Made by a program: the position numbers and the translations under genes
Shown here: piece by piece, positions 37,625 to 52,204 of the stretch
Numbering within the stretch: position 1 is the first letter of the stretch
How the letters are laid out: every line of letters begins with the position of its first letter
NCBI RefSeq assembly: GCF_003918875.1
Contig: NW_025767597.1
Span: 124,001-188,000 of the forward strand
DNA: 64,000 nt
From: Haliotis rubra
Taxonomy: Eukaryota
Direction of reading: 5' to 3'
The notes under the pieces: model-generated
The model's input: the letters and a program-made list of their open reading frames with translations, nothing else
What the model was told of the DNA's origin: nothing
The model's database searches: none

Positions 37625-38177
37625 TAGTGCGTTTGGCTCAAAAGCAGACCGATGAATTGCAATCTAACTCAAAAACTAATAAACATATAATACTCAATGA
37701 AACGCTGATCATAATCAAAATATCAGACGAACTCTGTGATTTGTTTGCAGAATTTATGTCCTAAAATCAAAAAAGTTAATTAACAAACTATCATTACAAT
37801 ATTGACACAGTTCACTATTTGTTACGAGGGAGGAGTGCAGAGAAAGGGACAGCCAGGTGTTAGAGAAGCACGTGCACAAGTGCCGACAAAGTTATTGATT
37901 CATTAACCTGTGCTGTGCTGTGCCGTCTCCATCCTTTCTCGCACACCCGGCTGTCCCTTTCTCTGCACTCCTACCTCGTAACAAATAGTGATCTGTGTCG
38001 ATATTTTAATGATAGTTTGTTAAACAACTTTGTTCTTTTTAGGACATAAATTCTGCAAACACCTCTCAGAGTTGGTCTGACGTTTTCATTATGATCAGTG
38101 TTTCATTGAGTATTTTATGTTTATAAGTTTTTGAGTTAGATTGCAATTCATCGGTCCGCTTTGAGCCAAACGGACTA
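37625..38177. mobile_element. Fold-back MITE, duplicate of 27529-28078
   Basis: Same TIRs and the same flanking sequence within the segmental duplication. Confidence 0.88.
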
Positions 38178-38473
38178 TAGATGCCAACTTCTTTAATGTG
38201 AATGACACGACTCACTGCACTTCACCTGATGAAGGAGTAAGGATATATTGCGATTCGTGTCCCTCACATAACTGAAGTTGACATCCATAAGTGTTCACCC
38301 TTTCAGGCATTGGTCGGTATTTGCCATATTTAACTCAAACGTACTCGTGTAATATTACCAGTGTACGCTCTTTTACTCCTTGCGTTTGGTTGCAGGATAC
38401 AATTAAAAAGCCAACCTTGCAATGGAACTTTGTTTTAGTTCGCTACATATTACATCAAAACTACCAGTCAGCA

Positions 38474-41400
38474 TCACTTGCAGACATCCACATCAGCATC
38501 AGGGAACACAACGAATCCGAAGGTCGTGGCTGGCAGCTGGAGGCTCCCACCATACGCTCGTTCAGGGGGCATTTCGGGGATGGTGTCGTTCACATAATCC
38601 AGTCGTTTACCATTAAGAGTCACATTCCTGAAATTACAAAGTTAGTGTTATAGAATCGATGTTATTGTTGTGACATTCTGAGATCAAAGAACGTCCTGGT
38701 CACAAAAACTTATCAGGTATGCAGTTGTTCAATTCAGGCTCGCTCACTTGGTTGGCACGTGTCATCGTATCCTAGTTGCGTAGATCGATGCTTATTTGCT
38801 AAAGATTGAATTGTCTGGTGCAGACTCGATTAGACAGACAGACGGACAGACACACACACACAAAGAAAAAAAGCCAGTTGTTCAATAAGTGCTAAACACA
38901 ATGTCTGTTCAACAGCACGAATCACTGTGTATAAGGTAGGACTTTATACATTGGACTTTATATAGTGTGCTATATACATGCGTTGCGATTAGATTATTTA
39001 TGTCAAAAACATTAAATGGCAACTCCTGTGTATAATGATACATATTGTATTGTGTGTAAAGGAAAATTATGTAAAGATTGTATGAATGGATCACTGAAAT
39101 GTATTCACGTGCTCGCGAAAATAAATAACATCTGTTCTAAGCAAGTATCACGGGTTCGTATACTCGCCTAGAAGTAAGATCTGGGAATTCTGGACTGAGC
39201 CAGAAGACATCCATGTTGGCCTTGAACTGAGGGAAGGTGACGGTGGTGGTGAAGTTGTTGACGTTGACGATATAAGCTACAACACTACCTGGTTGATATC
39301 TGTAGAGACTGAAACAATACATCGTGGACATTGTGAGTAAAGCTGTAATTTTGTTAAGAAATCACTCAGTTCCTGGTGGCAATAACGCCGGATATGTTTC
39401 AGATATGGTTATATTTTAATGCAGATATTCATTCTGCAGATGTCGGCGATGAAATATGACCCATCAACATGCCTGCCTCTCATTTATATGTAAAAACAGA
39501 CTACTCATAAACGAAGCAAGGACTAGCGGCAACATCATCACGCCTATGTGAAGGAGATCATGACATGGTCTATACGGCTCATTAATATACTGCAGCTCGT
39601 TTATAAATTAATTATTAAACCAGAGCGGCTACGAGAATGCGTCATCGATCAACAAATGCTGAGGAATGTTTTCGACTTTCACTGGCAGAATATCGCATGT
39701 TCTGCTTTGGGCTTAACAAGGTAAAACAATCCATTTCATCTTTCTAATGGAACATGAGACTCGGAGATAATCTTGTTGATTGGGCAGGAAAAAAGGTTGA
39801 CGCTAATAAATTAATGTTAATTAGAAAATCCAAAATGGATGCCAGTGGCAGAGTGAAATCAGATCTATAAATGTATATCTCTTAGAAACTGTCGCAGTTA
39901 TCTGTTTTTTAGATTCAGAATCCAGAATGGTTAAATCTCAAACAGAATTGACAGGAGCTATCATGCCGTCGTTGTGTCAGTTGTAAAGTATAGCGTTTTG
40001 TTTAATTTCGGATCCAAACATTGTTCAGCGACTCTTCTCGTTTCTTAAGACGAGACTCGATAGTCGGATTGTTTTTGTAACCTACAATTTAGAAAGTTCA
40101 CCTAGACTTGACAACCACAAAACGTTTCATATCCGAATTATACATATGATCCGAACATAAAGAAATTTCCTAACGCGAAATGTTTTAGATCCGAAATTAC
40201 ACCTGAATCCTAAGTCGCGTAACACTGCGTACCGCGTGCAGTCAGAATGTGTGTCTAACTTTGCCTGTACCATCCATGACTCGCAGTAAAACATTTTTAA
40301 ATATGAGTGATGAATCATCGTCAATAATTATCTCCTGTGCCCATATGACACATTCCAACATACTTTTCCTGTTTTGCACAGTGGGCGTAGACTCTGAAAC
40401 TGTTGGTTGAGTTGGTCTGTACAGATAACACCTTGTACCCAACCAGCCTCTTGTAGAGCAACGTCAGCCAATAGTCCTGGAAAGTGACAAATATTATTAA
40501 ATGTATTATTTATCAAATACATGTCACGGTATATACATCTATTATGTTCAGCTTTATTTGAGGCATGGGCTGGTGGTAAATAACGAAATATTTTAATTAG
40601 ATTAATATATCTTCAAGGACTGACAAATGAGTGACATGAAACAGTATTTCAGCTACAGTCATGTTAGTTCTGAACATATGTAAGGATGGTTAATGATTCT
40701 TTAAACAATATCATTATTTTACGACAACTGCCTCGAAAATGGGTATGGATCTACCCGGAGGGAATTCACACTTTACCATGATTTTATTTGCATGTCCGAG
40801 GGATAAGCGTCGACACATCGCCAAGATGCACCTTAGCCTGACAAAGCAAGACAAGATATCACTTGTACCTACCGGATAGGGTTCAAACGTCTTCATCTCA
40901 ACAAGTGAATAATTTCCTCCATAGTACGATTGTCTTAACACCCCTTTAAGTCCCATCCGTGCAGCAATCCCGAGCTTGTCTAACCATCTGAAATAATAAG
41001 GTAAATTCGATGTACATGCTTATGTTAACATGATACAGTCACGTTTTGTTCTAATATGTAGATAGTCTATACTACTGTAAGCCCCACGTTGTCAGCAGCA
41101 TTCCAGATATATTGCTGACAGCAATAATCATACCATCAGCAACAACCGTTGTCGAGGTACAAGCTTATACTTCAGTTTCTTTGGTCTTGTGACATACGGA
41201 TGCTGATTGAAATTTTAACATACTTTGCTTGAGTAACTTCAAAGACGACAATTGGACTGAGTGATGAACCCAACATTAGCATGAATACAGTCACTAACAC
41301 ATTTTATAACATTGTAACATGAGGGTGTATGGCAACTTGAGAAGATTGGCATTCTGGTAAGATACTCACAGGAAGCCGGCCGCATATCTGTCAGACAGTC

Positions 41401-44400
41401 CAGGGGCTCCACCTCCATAGAAAGACGATGTCTCACCGAGCCACACGGGAGTGTTGGGGGCGGTGGGGTTAGTGACGTTGAGTACTGCGTCGATGGAAGG
41501 TATCAGATGGTCCATCACGTCGGGGTCGATACAGGTGCTCACTTTAGCATCGCCTTGGAAGGCGTAGTAACTAAACATTCAATTTATTTCCAAATTAGGT
41601 GAGCGGGGTAGATGGGGTCTAAGGTTGCATGTCATGGTAACAACATGAAGCGCGTTTTACGCTGTGTCATATTCACTGAACTCGGTCGATGATTCTGCTG
41701 AAGGACTTTCATCATAAGCTCAAAAGCATTTTCCTGAGTCAGCAACAACAGAAATATTCGGTCTGAGACATTAAGCTGACATCCACAGTATCTATATCTA
41801 CAACGTTATTCTATACTGGTAAACATCAGAATCTCTACACTTCTACACAATAGTAGAAAGTTATTAAGAACTGGATTTCCCAGTCCATGGACAATTTCAT
41901 TGTCTGGTTTGTTTACGGACCGCCGTCGCATGGCAGGAGTACTGCGTCGTCCGGCTACACATATTTACTTTTACTGGCAAATTGTGTGAATGGCGGGTGC
42001 TTCCAGCAGGGCAGGACATGCTATGTTTTGTGGCAAATTCGTGGTGTCATTACTGTTTTTCAGTGTTCATTTCATATAATTTTCACATTTATTGTGCCTT
42101 TTGCACCAATATGAAGTCTTTTTCTGTGGCTAGCCCTGACGTGTTGTCTGTATCTACATTTAGTATAACAGGGCGGGGACAGTCGACTGATCTTCCGCTT
42201 TCCGGTGAGGCGTTCCTTCTCCAGTGAGGCAACATGACACGAATCAAACAATACAGTAAACTACTTTATCATCTAATGGAGGGTGTCATCGGTGCAATAA
42301 AGCAATCTGATAAACTTAGCATCCAAAATCTGATAACTATGCAAATTACGTCAATCCACGAACTACTTTCGCAAAACTCCATACACGCCATGCGAATCCT
42401 AAAACGTTTTAACATTTCTTTGATGACGTCGTCGTGAGTTTACATTGTTTGTAAACAAACATGGCTGCCCCCATTCTCCAAATTTGTGATTCTGTAAGAA
42501 TTGATGACAGAGGTTCTGGAGTCGTTACTGCAGTAATTGACTTTGGAAAACATGAAACGGAGTACTTCGTTCAAATTGAAGGAACGGATTATGAGGCACG
42601 ACTGAAAGGCAATCGTCTAAGAAAGGTACCAACCAAGGATTTCGATCTTTCGATCACAATACAGACGACGAATTGATTCCGGCAGGTATCAGAAACTGAT
42701 AATGATGAGGTGATTACCCGCAGTGTTGTTTTTTAGACAGAAAGCTCTTATTTTAAGCATGAGGTGTTTGCACCGTATTAGCGACTAGTCACAACCATAT
42801 GCCGCCGTCATGAACGACCCTAACCTTGGTGTACCGCTATAAGTATTCTTACGCGAATGCTCGATTCTCTTCATATAAATTCACGTACGATTTGCTTTTT
42901 TTTTATATGACATTATATGATAAAGAGATTATTTACCTCGTGTGTTTCTGTATCATAAAGATCATATTTTAGGAATAAAAAATATGTATTATGCTCGCCA
43001 ACAGCGCCCTCGCATAATACACCTTTTATTCCTAATATATGATATTAATGATACGGAAACACACTCGGTTAATAATCTCTATGTACGTTTATATCATTAT
43101 AACGCATTGCCTGTTGAGCCCCTGTCACTTGCTGTATGATTTACCTGAAATACGTAACTGCGGTATAACTAAGAAACTAATGGTCACTTTGAGTTCGTAA
43201 CAATCACAGTTTACTCTATGTCCTGTACAAAACATAACTCCATATTTACTAATTAATATGATACCTGTTATAATATACAGCTGAATTATTAAACAATAGT
43301 TTAGAGAAATAAGACAATATTATAGCTTACTCACTGGTGGAAGGTTATCCTGTCAACTGCTTTGCTTCCCTCGCCTTCACAGAAACTGTAAATGAATACA
43401 TATGAAACCCATTAAGGTGGTCATCTTTTAATTCTAGTTCATCCCTACTGAGGACATTGGTACAGTGACATAAATGAAAACATAAGTGTTGTGACATGTT
43501 GTGGAGTGAGTAAATAATGTTGCTGTAATAAAGCATTACTTATCATGTCAATAATGCTGTCATCTGTCTCAGAGGCTTTTACAACATTTAACGCTAAAAT
43601 GGGTAGAACTGTTATTAATAGGCCCATTTGGGCGGGTCGCTGTAACGTGATAGCTGCCCGCATCTCTCCTGCTGCTAACTGATCTATTGCTCTGTGACGC
43701 CATAACAAGCGCCTGGTAAGTAGTTGATGCAAAGTCCAATCGACGACGAACTGGATGTTGATTTCGACAAAATCGCATCAAGTGACCTAGCTACCATTCC
43801 TTGCAAGTTATGTGATGAATTTAGGAACTACCTACTTCTAGAAGCCTAAGACCTACCCCGGCTATACACCCACTGTTGACGAGGTTCACACTGGTTGCAA
43901 TGATGTTTCCGTTGTCCACGTGGACCAAATCTAACATGTCACCATACCATACGGAATCGGCTTTGGTTTAACTGATATATTCAAAGTTCCTCGAGTCCAG
44001 CAATCCACGGCTTTTTCCCGTCTTAAAATGAGCTTTATTGCAAGTACGTACAGCCATTAATAACTGCACTATCAGCTACAATATAATCATAAAAGACATT
44101 CCTAGCTGAAAACAGAAATTCAGCAGCAAGATGGCCCCTGTGCAGAGTTATCCTGCCCAGGCCAAGGTCAAACGCCGTTTCGTCTTTGTGATGTGACTCA
44201 TTGTTCCATGACGTTGCCATCTGTAAATAAATGACCTGTTTTGTGAGGTAAACTAGCAACTAAACGTATGCTGGTTTTGTCGTTTAGTTCATTTCAGGGT
44301 TGTCTACAAGGTCTATCCATTTGCGTAATATTTACGGTAACGGTTATTTCCAGGGCATTTCCATTAGCGGAAACCCTCAGTCAGTTCAACTGCTTTCATT

Positions 44401-46134
44401 AGTAGGACAAACCTCAGACTTCTGTAAATGACAAAAACCTGAATGTGAATTGCCTTTATATTGTACTGATGAATAAATCTGCTTGTTAATACTGTTATGA
44501 GGATGTGTTTGTGTTACTTATAATGTCACATTAATTAACCTTTCGTTGTTATGGACCACAAAAGTGTAAAGGGCTGAATGTGGATTTGAACTGGCATCTT
44601 GAACTTGGTTTAGACTGGTGGTGTGGCGTCGCTTTTGCTAGAGTGAGTGAGTTAAGATTTACAGTCACATCGACAATATTTCAGCCATATCGTGACTAAA
44701 ACAAGTTTAGAACTTTGCTAGAAATATCTAGAACTGTATGATAGGTATATACGGGATTGTTGTTGAGATGTAAGGGGGTAGTACTTTGGATTTACGCTCA
44801 TCTGTCTGCTGACACCGACGTGGCCTTGACTACATTGAACTTTCAACATCAATACGGTGATGGCTGTTACGTCGGGACCGATAACAAGGGTAGATTCAAA
44901 CCCAGACGTAGACTTGAGGATTGCCCTGAGATGGGCAAAGTCTGGCCCCAGCTGTGCTCTAATTGTAATGTTGAAGGGTGGGGGGAACCATGCAGGTTCG
45001 GGGGGAACAACATGAGAGTACAGAATATGGGATGTGACTTTTCACATACCTGTATTCATATAGAACATAGCTGACTTGGAGACATGTATGATTTAAAACA
45101 TGCTCTTTTAATAATACCAGGAATCCGGGAAGATTTCTAATATGGCATACAAAGACGACTGTTATAATTTACCAATAGGCTATGGAACTATACACTACCA
45201 TTTCCCAGTTCAAATGCGGGTATCCTGTAGTTCTTGGAATTGGTGTAGTTCATCAGTTCTATGGCGTTTGCAGAGTCCCATTGTCCGTCTTTCTGCTTTG
45301 ACAACACATTGAGGCCAAACACCAAGTCCCATCCAACAGTCTTCACGAATTCATTTAAATTGTCCCAAATAGCACCTCAATGATAAAATACATATTCATA
45401 ATTTGGCATGCGTGTTAGTAACTGTGATTGATTCTGGTCGTAAATATGAAGGTTTTTATGGTATGTGTCTAGGGTTCGTGAAAGATGATCTCACTGCTGA
45501 CAAAGTCGAGTTTCAACTTGCATGTGGCAATTAGAAACCGTAACGCTGTTTTCAACGCTGTTACTCCAGGTTACCCCGAAATGAAACTGTAACGGTCCTT
45601 ATGTTTCAAGTTATGAACCGGTCCCACCATTATTCACTGCAATGATTAGAGCTAGTCACAAAACGTACCAGGACATATAACTATACCTGTATATGTGGAG
45701 TTTGCACTTGTACCCTCATGACCTGTTGGGTCAAAGGTGAAGTAGTCTCCAGTTGTTCCGCCTATTCTTAGGTAGGATGGTGATATTGCTTTAGCCAGAG
45801 TCTGGACTTTAGGTGATCTAGTTTTAGAATATAAAATATTTTCAGAATCTTTACAATTATTAACCTTGGAAAATAGTCATGAATAATGTATATTGATTTC
45901 TGTCATTGTTAACTAATACAAGCTATTTATCTGTATGATGTAAGCCCACTCACCTGAAATCAAGTCCATACCAATTAGCTGATAGTGGTAGCAATGATGC
46001 ATCAAGCGTCACTCCAACGAAACGGTCATCTATCAATCCTATTTCTTTGTCTGTGGCAACAGTGACAGAAACAGATTGACTGTGTGTACATTGCACAAGG
46101 AACAGAGAATAACGAGCACACGTCTCACATCCAT
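38474..46134 (-). pseudogene. HPSE-like: Heparanase-like GH79 copy E, pseudogene
   Basis: Exon homologues 45954-46134 (181 nt, 4-bp deletion, stop at codon 32), 45687-45817, 45199-45375, ~44850-44998 (acceptor AG>CG, 3' end and donor lost), 43335-43385, 41370-41570, 40873-40987, 40364-40476, 39168-39308, 38474-38627. Confidence 0.88.
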
Positions 46135-47659
46135 AGTGTCAGCAGTAAAGTAAATATCAGATAAAGTCCTTTTTCTTTATATTTGGAGCACTGACCTCGT
46201 GTCAAGGACACATTGCTCAGAAGCCAGAGAAGATAAATAGATAGTTGACATTCTTGTTGATGGAAAAGTTAAAGTCAGAAATTCCCATCAATGTCCATGC
46301 TAACTACCGTTAACTCCACCTTTTCTCCAATTCCACCAGATCACCAGGTTTGGTATTAGTCTGGTACCTCACAACAAAACATTGAAATAATGGCATTGCA
46401 GTTTACTTAAAAGATATGATAACGGGTTATTATATCCGTGTCAGGACCGAGGAATGAACGGGCAATGAATTAGTATAGGTACTTTTCTATGTTTGAATCA
46501 AATTATATACAGATACGCTACTTCGAACAGTAAACAGACAAGATGCCATTTGAATTTCTTGAGGGTCAGTTGAACTGTCTGAGAACTGAAACAATACTAA
46601 TATCTGAAGTGCAATCAATGAGGCACTGATAGTTCTCAAGCTTCTGCAAAGACAAAGGGGAAGTTCGTGACGTTGATCGCCATGCAGATTGAAATGTACA
46701 GTTTAATTCCACCTGTTGTAGGAATCCGTGCGATTTTGCCTCGGGAGGAACTCCTTGATCTTCTCCATCGTCCAATAGAACTATTACTCTGGTGGTTTCC
46801 GCTTGGAGCTGCGCCGACTGGGTGCTGTCCATGAAAGAACTCTATTCTCAGCCTCAAAGTCCTCTGAAGAGTTGCTTTTACAATTACAATCTTTCAGAAG
46901 TATCTAACAAAACACATATCCAATGAACTCGAAAATGTCCTTTCAGAACGGTTAAAAATGTTTAGATCAGCAGAATGGCTCATCCGCCTGAGTTTTGTCA
47001 AAACTATGACACGAAGGCGCAGTGGTGATGAAAAGTATAGTTTTGTATAAATCAAGGTACATTATATTATTTCTCTGAATTTTATTTTAACCTAAATAAG
47101 ATTGTCTTAATACGGGCCTAGTGGTGTAGGATCTTAATATGGCGCCATACGAGAATATTTTAAGGTACAATTATTGCACCCAGGTTTTTTTAAATTTGGA
47201 ATCATATAATCCTGTGGATGTCAATCCACACTGCCACCCGATCTGGTTCGTTTAAAGATGTATCGACCACTTTTGGGCAAACTTTTTATTTTGAACGCAT
47301 CTTCGTATTTCATTGATTTACTGGTATCTACTGTTCATGAAACTTGATACTAAACGGAATACATCTCGGATCTCTGTTGTTTAATGGTTTCATGATGATG
47401 GTAACAGTAGATATATAAAGGTTTTGATACTTCTATTGCTTTCAGCCGCTATCTTGAGCCTCGAGTGAAGCATCAATTAACGTAAGTACATCATATTCTA
47501 CATAAACGAACATTTACAAATAGAAACCTCGAACATCGAGCTATGTGTGATGCGTTCAGGTGGTGCCGCACCGTCACGACAATTGCAACAATAAAACGAA
47601 AGCAAAGATTTGTAATGCTGCATTGGTTTACTCTCTGTATTACAAAATACCAGTCACAA

Positions 47660-50600
47660 TCACTTGCATATATCAACATCAGCATCAGGGAATACAGCAA
47701 AACCGAAGGACTTTGCTGGTAGCATTAGGAACCCGCCATAGGCCTTTGAAGGCGGCATGTCGGGGATGGTGTTGTCCACATAATCCAGTCGTTGGCCATT
47801 TAGTGTGATGTTCCTGAAATTACATAGACGATGTCATATGACCCTTCTTATTTCTATGCCAATACCTAGTATCCAAGTCCATTGACTAGTATTTGCTATT
47901 CATTTGTCTGATAGTTACAGAAGAGTTAGTGACATATGGCACTTTTTAGTATGTGAGACCATATAAAAAGTTAAAGTCATTGTGTTAGTTTGGCCTTTGC
48001 GAGAAAGCATTTTTGTTCCACCATATATTAGTCTCACGACATGTAAATATCCCGTGTCCATATACTTGCCTGGAGGTTAGTTCTATGAACTCTGGTTTCA
48101 GCCAGAAGAGATCCATATTCTTTTGGAACTGTGGGAAGGTGACGACGGTGGTGTAGTTGTTGACGTTGATTATATAGACTGCAACACTACCCGGCTTGTA
48201 GTTGTACAGGCTGTGAAAACGTTGAAAATAGGATGAAAGCATTAAAACGTTGAATAAATCAGAAGACATCTAATAATAATAGTGTTATGAAAGTGTGCCC
48301 ACAGTACAAATGTTCATTTTCCATAAGTAGATGTTCTCATATAATAAGAAACAGTCGTGTATATTGAGCATCCCTCAAAATACGTTCCAGGTGTGTACCT
48401 GTCTCGTCTGGCACAGTGGGCGTAGACTCTTAAACTGTCGGTTGAGTTGGTCTGTACAGACAGCACCTTGTACCCGACCAGCCTCTTGTAGAGCAACGTC
48501 AGATAATAGTCCTGGAAAGTGATAATTGTCACACATTGAATACACCCATACATACACACATAGAAACACCTAACGCAAAGTCGCATTTTAGCACACAAAT
48601 GGGATACATCGGTTGTACCTACCGGATAGGGTTCAAACGTGTTCATCTCGATGAGAGAATAGTTTTTCCCATAGTACGATTGTCTTAACACCCCTTTAAG
48701 TCCCATCCGTGCAGCAATCCCGAGCTTGTCTAACCAACTGAAATATTCAATATGACTTCAGTGAAAGTAAAACGGCAACGTTGCTTTTACGTTTGAGGTA
48801 AAGCTGCATATCCATCAATTCATCCATCCATCCATTCATTTGCTCTTCATAGTGCAGACCCGTTTTATTGCTGGGATAAGACCAAAGAATATTGTAAACA
48901 CCATATCCAGTAAGAGACTATAGATTGTTATAGGCTACGGTATAGTTAACCTGTAAAGGACGACTAATACTCACAGAAAGCCTGCTACAAATCTGTCAGA
49001 CACACCAGGAGTTCCACCTCCATAGAAGGACGATGTCTCACCGAGCCACAGGGGCGTGTCGGGGTTGGAGAGGTTGGTGACGTTACGCGCTATGTTGATG
49101 TCAGTTATCAGAGTGTCCATCACCTTGGGGTCGGTACAGGCGTCCGGGGTTCCAGAGGATTTATAGGCATAGTACCTACACAATCAATTGATTTCTGACG
49201 CAAATAAAAATCGTTTACCCAATGTCGCCTCTACACCGATTAACATACATAGTTAAATAATATGTGAATGTAAAAGTGAACAGTTCAGTTGATGTAACTG
49301 AATAGAAAATTATTTCAGCTCAAGACTCACTGGTGAAAGGTTATCCTGTCAACAGCTTTGCCTCCATCCCCTTTGAAGAAACTGTAACAAGTATGTAAAT
49401 AAATCCAGGCATCAGAAGCGTTAGAATCAAATCAATGTCAGTAACTCTTGGTAAATGTTCGAGTTACTTCAAAATTATACACATACATGTATGTCATTTA
49501 CTTGATGGTTTTAATGAAATAGCTGATGCCCGTAAAGATCCGGGTTAGAATTTGATCTTCAGTAACCCATGTTTGGTTGACACATGTCATCGTACCCCAG
49601 TTGCATTGATCACTGGAATGTCTGGTGCAGACTTGATTATTTACACACCGACGCCATACAGTTGAAATATTGATAGGCGTGACTTAAATAAGAAAACAAC
49701 AAAACATGAAGCAGTTGGAGACATTGTTCTACGCCTGAGATGCACATGCAGGTCTGATTTAGAAATATATTCTTATGATATACTGAGAATAGGGATGACA
49801 AGAATTTATGGATGATCAACTCCTTTATTTTGACAATGGCGACTTTCCGTATGGATTCTTATACCGTTTTCAAGCATATGGTATAAGAATATATATAACG
49901 GTATAAGAATCTATATCGAAACGTCGCCATTGTCAAAATAAAGGTGTTGATCATCCATAAAGTCTTGTCATGCCTATACCACCAACTTTTAGAATGCCAC
50001 TCAAACAAATCATACTGAGAATAGTTTGTACCATAGTGACATAACTGTCACTGGAACCTCCACTTACTCTCGGAATATCACTGATTTCTTCCCAGAGATA
50101 CCTGTTACGTCGGGTCCAATAACCAAGGTGGATTCAAACCCAGGCGTTGACTTGAGGATTGCCCTAAGATGGAGAAAATCTCGCCCAAGCTGTGCTCCAG
50201 ATATTGTGTCAGTGAAGGGTTCAGGGAAATATGAAGGTTCTGAAGAACAAATAGAGAAGATTAATGCTTCAAGGACATGGTTGTTTGCCAAGATTGAAGT
50301 ACACACTCGTAAGTCACAGAGAACCACCCAGGGGATAACTCTAGGTATATCTTTCTTGGAATGTTACGTTGTTTTAGCTGTGGAACTATTTCAGTCCATC
50401 ACGCTCACTATCGGATGTGTTTTGATGTGAAGTATTTGCAGACCTAAACGTGTTTCTTCAGGATGTTTGTCGTTAACATTGTCTTTGTTCTTTGGTATCA
50501 GCAGATATGATCCTGCCCCAATCCTGATCCCACTGTGCAGTTCCAAGAGAACAATTATATTGTCAGATGTGCTGTAGAAAAGTGTTTCTTAACATGCGCA

Positions 50601-52043
50601 TGAACAAGCAATGGCTTTTACTTATACACATAGACGAACACTCCAGGAAGAGGATCATTATGTTACACAAAGACGACTAGTCTACACTGAATATATGAAC
50701 CGTTGACATATACATTACCATTTCCGAGTTCAAATGCTGGTATTTTGTAGTTCCTGTCCTGGCTATACTTCATCAGTTCTTCGGCGTTTGTAGGGTCCCA
50801 TTGTCCGTCCTTCCGCTTCAGGACATTGAGGCCAAACACCAAGTCCCATCCCACAGTCTCCAGAAAGGCGTTAAGCTTGTCCCACATAGCACCTCAGATA
50901 TGAAATACACATGTTTATCATACAAGTGCTACGTTCTCAGCACGATAAAGCCAACGGAAAGACATTTTACCCTGATAAATATACTAATGTACAAAGTTCA
51001 CGTAAGAACTAGTTTCAATGTTTACAAACATTGTGTCGTCGTAATATAATTACAGTCCATTTAAAAAAATCAATTTTAGTGAGGATCGCTGATTTCAGAT
51101 TTCAGGTCCAGACTTGAAGTGCAGAAATTTGAACTGAACCTAATCTGGTTATTATTCAAATGTTCTTTAAAGCATGTCATTTTATGGATGAAAAGGCAAA
51201 GATACACTTTACACTTTACGATGGCTAATGAATGCGATGAACCTGTTTAAGGTCATGCAGTTATGACAGTCGTTACATTGAATACAAATCGAAAATATAT
51301 GCCATGTGCTCACACCGTGCTTCTCATGATCAATACAGTCAGTCAATACACAGTCATTGTAAATGAATGCCAACTCAAAGAGTTGATTTTTAATAAATAA
51401 AGAGCGGTATAAACTAATTCAACACGATTCATTTTGTTTGTTTTGACATACACCTCAAATATAGAAACATACCAGTGTATGTAGCGTTTGGACTTGTACC
51501 CCCATGACCTGTTGGGTCAAAGGTCATGAAGTCTCCAGGTGTTCCGCCTATTCTCAGGTAGCACGGAGACAATGCTTTTGCCAACGTCTGCACCTTGGGC
51601 GAGCTAGAAACAAATCTTATAATGAACTATGCACTCACAAGACAGAGTATATGTATTTGAAATTTAAAATTGATTACACATGTGTATGTCAAATAGCGTA
51701 AACATAACTATAATATATAACACATAAGTGAACTAGTATTCCCTCCTAGAATCTTAGCCTATCGAATTAATAGATTTGGGCCTAATTGGGAATCAAATCT
51801 CACGCCAGCAAAATGGTCATCTAAATGCTATATATCGACACTGTGTAAATTCACTCACCTGAAATCAAGTCCATACCAATTAGCTGATATTGGCAGCATT
51901 GTTGAATCAAAGGTCACTCCAACAAAATGGTCATCTATTGTTGCTATTGCCTTGTCCGTAGCAACAGTGACCGAAACAGACTGACTCACTGTACATTGCA
52001 CATGCAGGGAACATAGTATAAAGAGCATACGTTTGGTAGCCAT
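47660..52043 (-). CDS. HPSE-like: Heparanase-like GH79 copy F, 10 exons, apparently intact, compact introns
   Basis: Exons 51859-52043, 51473-51603, 50719-50892, 50068-50239, 49331-49381, 48975-49175, 48623-48737, 48399-48511, 48070-48210, 47660-47813. Motifs FELGN|[23 protein letters not shown]; GC donor at intron 9. Confidence 0.93.
49529..49690 (+). mobile_element. Degenerate SINE family 2 copy in gene F intron 4
   Basis: cccgtaaagatccgggttagaatttgatcttcagtaacccatg... with internal deletions. Further fragments at ~9040-9160, 28605-28755 and 38712-38832. Confidence 0.7.
49790..49978. repeat. ~190-bp imperfect palindrome (MITE-like)
   Basis: atgacaagaatttatggatgatcaactcctttattttgacaatggcgac... 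mirrored by ...gtcgccattgtcaaaataaaggtgttgatcatccataaagtcttgtcat. Confidence 0.75.
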
Positions 52044-52204
52044 GGTGTCAGAAGCACTGAATGTAAGTTAACCTGTATCAATAGAAAGGAATTCAGATTT
52101 ATTGCGAACGACTGAACTCGTTCCAGTGACAACCAGAACGTACTGATAAGCCAGAACTGATAAAAGAACTAGTTTACTCTAACGTGATGATGGAAAATTT
52201 TGAA

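Larger units (their letters stand above)
16342..40476. repeat. Recent tandem segmental duplication (unit 1 ~16342-30369 including LINE; unit 2 ~30370-40476)
   Basis: Introns, spacer, SINEs and MITEs are collinear and near-identical between units; similarity begins and ends at exon 8. Confidence 0.88.

Noticed and set aside
46566-46900. VIVLLDD Walker-B-like ORF fragment
   Set aside because: No Walker A or other supporting motif; too short to call.
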